Origin: an uncultured Candidatus Binatia bacterium | Lineage (GTDB): Bacteria > Desulfobacterota > Binatia > UBA9968 > CAXXLF01 | Assembly (NCBI GenBank): GCA_965218425.1 | Contig: OZ244621.1 | Span: forward strand, 1,952,001 to 2,016,000 | DNA: 64,000 bases | Direction: 5' to 3' | Shown here: positions 58,492-64,000 of the stretch, in pieces | How positions within the stretch are numbered: position 1 is the first letter of the stretch | Layout of the letters: the number at the start of each line of letters is the position of its first letter | The notes under the pieces: model-generated | The model's database searches: none | The model's input: the letters and a program-made list of their open reading frames with translations, nothing else | What the model was told of the DNA's origin: nothing | Position numbers and translations under genes: made by a program

Positions 58492-58841
58492 GAAAGTTGG
58501 GTTGCAGGCGCCCGCGAGTCTTACTATGGGACCTCCAGCGTCCTCACCTTTTTATTGAGTATCAACGACCTAATCTAATAATAAAATATTTGATGAAAGT
58601 GTGAAAGAATAAGACCGATTCTATGGAGAGAGGGATAAAGGGGCCGGGCCTAGCGCTCGGCCTTTGTATGTTTCCGGGCAGCCATTTTCCTCTAACGGAA
58701 AGCGCTGAGGGGAAAATAGGATGGATAGGGGGGCGAGGTAAGAACGTAATGGACTGAGTTTGGCTCAAGCGAATGTAAGACGACCTCAGCCGCTCCTCTA
58801 TTTACCTTGCCGCAAGCTCATTCATTCTCACTAAAAACCGA

Positions 58842-59147
58842 CTAGGCAAGTGTGCCATGCTTCCGAGCCGCCCACTGGATTGGCTCTGGAAGTAGGGCCT
58901 TGTATAAACTGGGGAACCCCACTTTCCGGCTCTTTATTCGCTGCGTTGTACCCGCCGACGCAAACTTAAAGGCCTTGAAGCGATCATGAACGTCCTCGAC
59001 ATCTTTTGTTAAGACGTCAAATGGCGTCGATTGGATAGGCTCGTGGTGCAGGGGGCCCGACATTCCTATGTTGAAACTCGGCTTTCATTTAAGCGTCTTA
59101 TCCTCTAACCAGGTTAGAATGTCGGAGATGGAATATTGCTCAGGCAT
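58842..59147 (-). pseudogene. Remnant of a DUF262 (GmrS-like) domain gene
   Basis: MPEQYSISDILTWLEDKTLK, then after a 1-nt slip KAEFQHRNVGPPAPRAYPIDAI*R, matching the DUF262 FQRRxVW...YLIDTILR pattern. The middle is deleted. Confidence 0.55.
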
Positions 59148-59288
59148 AATTGGGTTAGTCAGGCAGCTCAAATCGCTCGAAATTTCAATTGATTTGTCGA
59201 ATTCCTTAGGTCCTACGGGCCGTTGGGTTGCCGGGCCAGCATGCTTTCGAGGGCCAGGCGGAGCTTGGTGACTTCGCGGCTGTATCTA

Positions 59289-59633
59289 GGGGTCAGGCCT
59301 GGATATATTGATAATCTTTTTAAATCGGTGATGTTAAACCCACAGGGCGCGCGCTCCCTGGTTCTTTGGTAGGGGCGCTTTGTAGCACGCATCGCGCGTG
59401 AAAACCACAAGCGAAAATCCTTCCCGATCTCTCTGGACTACGAAGTGCATAGCTAGCGCCTTGTGCGGTATCGAAACGAACTCCACGTTAGTCTCTATGC
59501 CTTTTCTCTTATGCCCATCCACGTTTATCTGCTGCTGGAGTGTGCTGAAAAGCAAATCGGAGCCAAAGAGAGCGGGCATTACGAGAGGAAACTGAAGTGA
59601 AGTGCTAGCTAAGATTGTTTAGATATACAGGCC
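59289..59633 (+). mobile_element. Internally deleted, degenerate copy of the 18928-19920 RAYT element
   Basis: Same left end (GGGGTCAGGCCTGGATAT), a 5' coding part aligning to the RAYT (GGACTACGAAGT, ATGCCCAtCCACGTT), and the same 3' end (AAGATTGTTTAGATATaCAGGCC). The right IR is interrupted by IS3 and completed at 60877-60886. Confidence 0.8.
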
Positions 59634-59695
59634 TGAGGTAGCCCAGGTTTGACGGACACCTAAAAAGGGGACAAGATCCCCGCAGGAGGTGTTCG

Positions 59696-59986
59696 ATGGG
59701 CAAGCGAAGGCGTTTCACCCAAGAGTTTAAGTTGGAAGCTGTTCGACTGCTGGAGGCGGGCGCTCGGCCAGCAGCGGAGATTGCACGGGAACTGGGAGTA
59801 CCTCGCAATCGACTGTACAAGTGGCAGGAGCAAGTGACGAGGAAAGGGGCGGCTGCGTTTCCCGGCACAGGTCGAGGTAGAGACAACGATGAGGTAGCAC
59901 GGTTAAGGCGAGAGCTGGAGCGGGTAACGCAACAACGAGATATATTAAAAAAGGCCGCAGCGTACTTTGCCAAGGAGCTCAAGTAA
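59696..59986 (+). CDS. IS3 transposase OrfA
   Basis: RRFTQEFKLEAVRL, IARELGV...LYKW, ILKKAAAYFAKE; AAAAAAG -1 frameshift motif at 59947-59953. Confidence 0.92.
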   Translation: MGKRRRFTQEFKLEAVRLLEAGARPAAEIARELGVPRNRLYKWQEQVTRKGAAAFPGTGRGRDNDEVARLRRELERVTQQRDILKKAAAYFAKELK

Positions 59987-60027
59987 AGTACGCGTTTATA
60001 CGAGCTCACAGGACAGAGTTTAGGGTA

Positions 60028-60846
60028 GTGAGGATGTGCGAGGTATTAGAGGTCAGTCGTAGTGGGTACTACGACTGGAGCGGTCGAGGGGAGTCTCGGC
60101 GTAGAGCACAGGATAAGGTTGTGATCAAAGAGATCCGCAAGGTGCACGAGAGCTACAAGGAAGCGTACGGGGCAGTCAAGACATGGCTGACGCTGAAGGA
60201 GGCGGGGGTGACATGTGGGAAGCATGGGGTGGCGAGGCTGAGGAGTTTAGTGGGGATAGAGACGCGTCGGGTGCAAAGGTTTCGATTGGCCTACAAGGCT
60301 CGTCACAGTGCGCCACCGGCACCGAACTTGTTGCGTCAACGCTTCGAAGCGTCAGGCCCCGACCAGGTATGGATGGCCGATATTACCTTCATTGGTACCC
60401 GATCTGGGTGGTTATACCTGGCGGTAGTGGTGGACCTTTACTCTCGGCTGGTGGTGGGATGGTCAATGAAGCAACGTCCCACACAGGAGTTGGTCAGTGA
60501 AGCTTTACTGATGGCTATCGAACAGCGCCAGCCTATGGCGGGGCTGATTCACCATAGCGACCAAGGAATCCAATACGCTAGCAATCACTACGTTGAGTTG
60601 CTCAAACGCCATGGGGTGGTGCGCAGCATGAGCCGCAAAGGGAATTGCTACGACAATGCAGTGGTCGAGAGTTTGTTCAGCTCACTAAAGAATGAACTTG
60701 TACACCATCAGGATTATAAGACGAGGCAGGACGCTAGGTCGGATATCTTCGACTACATTGAACTGTTTTATAACCGAAGAAGAAAGCATGAGTCGTTGGG
60801 ATACCACACCCCAATGGCATATGACTCGATCAAACGTGTGGCTTAA
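60028..60846 (+). CDS. IS3 transposase OrfB (DDE)
   Basis: VSRSGYY, WMADIT, HHSDQGIQY, SMSRKGNCYDNAVVES, YN..R.H.SLGY. Confidence 0.93.
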   Translation: MRMCEVLEVSRSGYYDWSGRGESRRRAQDKVVIKEIRKVHESYKEAYGAVKTWLTLKEAGVTCGKHGVARLRSLVGIETRRVQRFRLAYKARHSAPPAPNLLRQRFEASGPDQVWMADITFIGTRSGWLYLAVVVDLYSRLVVGWSMKQRPTQELVSEALLMAIEQRQPMAGLIHHSDQGIQYASNHYVELLKRHGVVRSMSRKGNCYDNAVVESLFSSLKNELVHHQDYKTRQDARSDIFDYIELFYNRRRKHESLGYHTPMAYDSIKRVA

Positions 60847-60908
60847 TTAACTGTCCGTGAAACCCGGGTCGCTTCAGCCCGACCCCACTGCCCTGTTTTA
60901 AGTTAAGT

Positions 60909-61472
60909 TTAGAAGAACCACTGCAAAGGCGCTGCCAAAACCTCCTGGAAAGAGATCCCCAAGGTCTTCTCGAGGAGGCTTTCTGGCCAGGCCGTATTGA
61001 TCACGTAACCGTAGAGAAGCACAATGGGAAGCTCTGCCCCAAAGGCGATGACCGAGGCCACCCACCACTGAGTCTTTCCCACCAATCTCAGGTACATAAG
61101 GAGAAAAAGCGGGATCATGACATGAAAGCTGAGTAGCCACACGCCCACCAGCAGAGTCCCCATCATGCCGAACATCCATAAGGTTCGCAGCCATACAGTG
61201 GCGGTGGACACGCCGACAGTTTCAAAGGCGATATCATAGATCCTGGATTGGGACTTTCCAGCCAGCATCATGACTATTTCCTGAACGGTCTGGATGGTCC
61301 ATAGTGCAAGCCCGATGCTGCCAACGAAAACAGGATAGAGCCCAGGGTTACCCATACCGGTTTCAGGCATTGCCAAACCAACCACGATCATATAGGCGAA
61401 ACCGGCACCTAGCGCAGCCCGAAACACCAGATCAAGATTCAGAGCGCGAGTTCCTTTGTTTATGGATTCCAT
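60909..61472 (-). CDS. tctB: Tripartite tricarboxylate transporter small permease (TctB-like)
   Basis: Hydrophobic 187-aa protein with about five TM segments, GLYP motif and C-terminal WPE; follows tctA. Confidence 0.7.
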   Translation of the reverse strand: MESINKGTRALNLDLVFRAALGAGFAYMIVVGLAMPETGMGNPGLYPVFVGSIGLALWTIQTVQEIVMMLAGKSQSRIYDIAFETVGVSTATVWLRTLWMFGMMGTLLVGVWLLSFHVMIPLFLLMYLRLVGKTQWWVASVIAFGAELPIVLLYGYVINTAWPESLLEKTLGISFQEVLAAPLQWFF

Positions 61473-61510
61473 GGCTTTTCCGACACCCCACTATTCAGAG
61501 GCGCTCACAG

Positions 61511-63127
61511 TTAATCCGTGCGCGCCTCGCCCTGGGCCGACGGCACCTTCAGGGCGTCGGTGCCCTCGCTGGATTCCACGCCTTGCCGGCTCGCGGGGTT
61601 CGGCTGTGAAGACCTCGCGGCGGACCAGGCCTGCGTGGCCTTCCTGGATAGGTGCATCCCGTAAAGGCCGATGAGCACACCCGCCATGACAATGGCCAGG
61701 GACCACGGCCGCATCAGCAGTTGAGGCACGGTATAGGTGCTAAGGCTTATGGTTAAATACCTTTCGAGAATTGGGCCTAGAACGAAACCGATGATCAGCG
61801 GGGGGCGGGCCCAACCGTGCCGCTTCATGTGCCAGCCTATCAGCGAAAAGACTCCAAGGAACGTCAGATCCCACAGGCTGTTCTTTGACGTGAAGGCCGC
61901 TAGAACAAGGATACTCAAGATCAATGGAACGAGAACATGAGGCCGAATGAAGGCCAAGCGAGCAAAATAATTGCTCATGAACAACAAGACAATGGTGCCA
62001 AAGACATTGGCGAGGATAAGGCTAAACACGATTAGAAACATGATGTCCAAGTGGTGGTTGAGCATGGCGGGTCCGGGTTGAAGTCCAAGGATAATGAAAA
62101 ATCCCAGGTAGATAGCCATGTAAGCGCCCCCGGGAATCCCGACAGCGAGGGTAGGGATGAGCTGCGCGGCACTGGTGGCGTTATTTGCACTCTCAGGAGC
62201 GATCACGCCTCGGATATCTCCGGTGCCGAAGGTCTTGTCGGCTCCTTTCTCCGTCACCCGTGCCTGAGCGTAAGTGAGCCAGTCCACCACGGAGCCCCCG
62301 ATTCCTGGCATAATTCCCACCAGCACCCCTAAGAATACGGAACGAACCACGAGAAACTTGTGGCGGAGCACTGCCCGCATCCCTTCCCAACGTCCGAGGT
62401 TGATGTCCTGCTCAATGATTGCTGCGTCAGCCTTGGCAATGGATCTGTCTTCAATGATCAGGCCCATGAGCTCAGGGATTGCAAATATGCCGATCACCAC
62501 GGTGATGATGTTCACGCCATCCATCAGGTAGGGAAAACTGAATGGAACAAAACGGGGGTAGCCCAACGCGGGGTCGGTTCCAATGGCGGCGACGCCCATG
62601 CCAACGGCCCCTGCGAGCAGGCCCTTGAACACGGCCCCGCTACTCACCACGGCAACCACAGCTATGCCCATGAGCCCCATGACCAGGAATTCGGGGGATG
62701 CGAAGGCATTCACCAGTGCCCTGGCAAAGGGAATACTCGCAGCGATAACGAGAGCGCCGATCAATCCGCCGATTAGGGACCCCAGGTACGCCGCCCCCAG
62801 TGCCTCACCGGCTCTACCCTGGCGAGCCATGGGGTACCCGTCTAGGATGGTGGCCTGAGAAGACACGCTCCCGGGCACACCTAGCAGCACGGAAGGTAGG
62901 GTGTCGCTTGAATGCACCGGCGCGGCCATCCCCATGGCCAGAGCGATGGCGATTACCGGGTCCATGTAGTAGGCGACGCTTATGAGGACGATTATGCCAG
63001 GGAGCCCTGTTGCCGGAAGCGCCCCGCTGGCGAGACCCACCATCGCTCCGCTTAGCACGGCAAGGATGGCCAGCGGGTTCAAGAAAAGGGCCGAAAGGCC
63101 TCCGCTCAATCCTTCAATTAGACCCAT
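61511..63127 (-). CDS. tctA: Tripartite tricarboxylate transporter large permease
   Basis: LLGVPG, ATILDGYPMARQGRAGEALG, GIMPGIGG, GVIAPESANNA, LQPGP, ARPPLIIGFVLG. Confidence 0.93.
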   Translation of the reverse strand: MGLIEGLSGGLSALFLNPLAILAVLSGAMVGLASGALPATGLPGIIVLISVAYYMDPVIAIALAMGMAAPVHSSDTLPSVLLGVPGSVSSQATILDGYPMARQGRAGEALGAAYLGSLIGGLIGALVIAASIPFARALVNAFASPEFLVMGLMGIAVVAVVSSGAVFKGLLAGAVGMGVAAIGTDPALGYPRFVPFSFPYLMDGVNIITVVIGIFAIPELMGLIIEDRSIAKADAAIIEQDINLGRWEGMRAVLRHKFLVVRSVFLGVLVGIMPGIGGSVVDWLTYAQARVTEKGADKTFGTGDIRGVIAPESANNATSAAQLIPTLAVGIPGGAYMAIYLGFFIILGLQPGPAMLNHHLDIMFLIVFSLILANVFGTIVLLFMSNYFARLAFIRPHVLVPLILSILVLAAFTSKNSLWDLTFLGVFSLIGWHMKRHGWARPPLIIGFVLGPILERYLTISLSTYTVPQLLMRPWSLAIVMAGVLIGLYGMHLSRKATQAWSAARSSQPNPASRQGVESSEGTDALKVPSAQGEARTD

Positions 63128-63198
63128 GGCCTGACTGCTTCGGAGCAATAACAGTCAATAACACAGCAGGTTATTGCATCCTCGGTGAACCTTGCTAA

Positions 63199-63999
63199 CT
63201 ACCTCACGTAGACTCCCGCCAATCTCTGAAGATCTTTCAACAGAGGACCGCTGGCACTTTTCATCGTGTCGTACCATTTGCGGTAGGCACTGGCCGGTGT
63301 CCAACCCGTATCGCGGAAACGCTTGTTCATATCCGCCTTCATGGCCGGATCAAGCGCAATACTCTTGATGCCAGCTCGTAACCCTTCAATGATAAATTCT
63401 GGCGTGTCCGGATGAACCATCCAGACGTGGGTCTGAAGGCCCTGAACCTTGTCCCAGGCCGCCACCACCTTTTTCTGATGATTGGTGAACTTTGCCACCT
63501 CGTTCAGGCAGGGAGGCGGTTCCCATCCACCCTTTTTCAGAAAGGCCTTGTAGTGTGGCGTGTTGGGATCGACGCAGTTCCTGTTGATAACCGGAGTGAT
63601 GGTCTTCTTTTCAATCCAGTGTTGGTATCCGTCCTGCACCTGGTTGGTGGTGCATGCATCAATAAGCGCTTCCAGCTCCCCCTGGTCCATGGCACGCAGG
63701 ATGCTGCCCGACCCTCTGTAACCGGGAACGGGCTTGAAGGGCAGCTTGAGAACCTCAGGAATGAGATATCCAAAACTACCGGCCCGGAAGACGCCCGTGT
63801 TCAAAGGCCTCCCCCGGGACTTTGCCACCTTGATCACTTCACCAATGGAAGTGGCAATCTCAGACTGGACGCAGACGAAGTTAGATCCCGACGGCGCGGT
63901 GAAATTTCCCATAAAGTGTGCCTTGTCAAAGTCTACTCCCGGGTGGGGTCTTTTACCCAACGCGGCCTGCTGGTGCAGCACCAGGTTGACGGGCGCAAC
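63199..63999 (-). CDS. Tripartite tricarboxylate transporter substrate-binding protein (TctC/Bug-like), 5' end outside the window
   Basis: VPGYRGSG....AMDQGELE, HPDTP...I..LR; directly upstream of tctA, with the frame open to the window edge. Confidence 0.65.
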   Translation of the reverse strand, partial: VAPVNLVLHQQAALGKRPHPGVDFDKAHFMGNFTAPSGSNFVCVQSEIATSIGEVIKVAKSRGRPLNTGVFRAGSFGYLIPEVLKLPFKPVPGYRGSGSILRAMDQGELEALIDACTTNQVQDGYQHWIEKKTITPVINRNCVDPNTPHYKAFLKKGGWEPPPCLNEVAKFTNHQKKVVAAWDKVQGLQTHVWMVHPDTPEFIIEGLRAGIKSIALDPAMKADMNKRFRDTGWTPASAYRKWYDTMKSASGPLLKDLQRLAGVYVR

Positions 64000-64000
64000 G

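Larger units (their letters stand above)
59634..60876 (+). mobile_element. IS3-family insertion sequence (1243 bp)
   Basis: TG...CA ends; IRL TGAGGTAGCCCAGGTTTGACGGACA versus IRR (reverse complement) TGAAGCGACCCGGGTTTCACGGACA; 3-bp target duplication GCC. Confidence 0.92.

Noticed and set aside
1..64000. CRISPR arrays, tRNA, rRNA, tmRNA
   Set aside because: No regularly spaced repeat-spacer array, cloverleaf or rRNA signature was seen by eye. The GACTCCACCA near 11970 lacks a T-arm context.

Overview
A 64-kb stretch of bacterial chromosome with about 50 protein genes. No rRNA, tRNA or CRISPR array was recognisable. Many genes belong to paralog-rich catabolic families: two hydantoinase/acetone-carboxylase-like loci, three Amidohydro_2 enzymes, a D-aminoacylase, an amidase, a Rieske oxygenase, a Mo-hydroxylase large subunit, an LLM/F420-type oxidoreductase and a TctCAB transporter. 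This mix suggests an uncultured Binatota/deltaproteobacterial genome (inference only). Housekeeping genes include speA, a two-domain thyX, fabF, dxs, mpg, a sirtuin, msrA and yjbQ. Mobile DNA comprises an intact IS3, a DDE transposase element with long repeated ends, and a frameshifted REP-associated tyrosine transposase with terminal inverted repeats plus a deleted derivative. There are also several decayed genes and mosaic repeat-filled spacers. Main highlights: (1) a co-oriented cluster of a DAHP-synthase-like enzyme, an MBL-fold hydrolase, an IspH-like Fe-S protein and a 3Cys-1Asp-type ferredoxin, with substrate-binding residues changed in the DAHPS-like and IspH-like proteins, pointing to an undescribed pathway; (2) an exported MsrA-like selenoprotein hidden by an in-frame TGA with an fdhF-like SECIS hairpin; (3) a CarH-type 11-bp tandem operator before dxs; (4) candidate structured RNAs, including a kissing-loop element. 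All family assignments come from motif recognition, not database searches.
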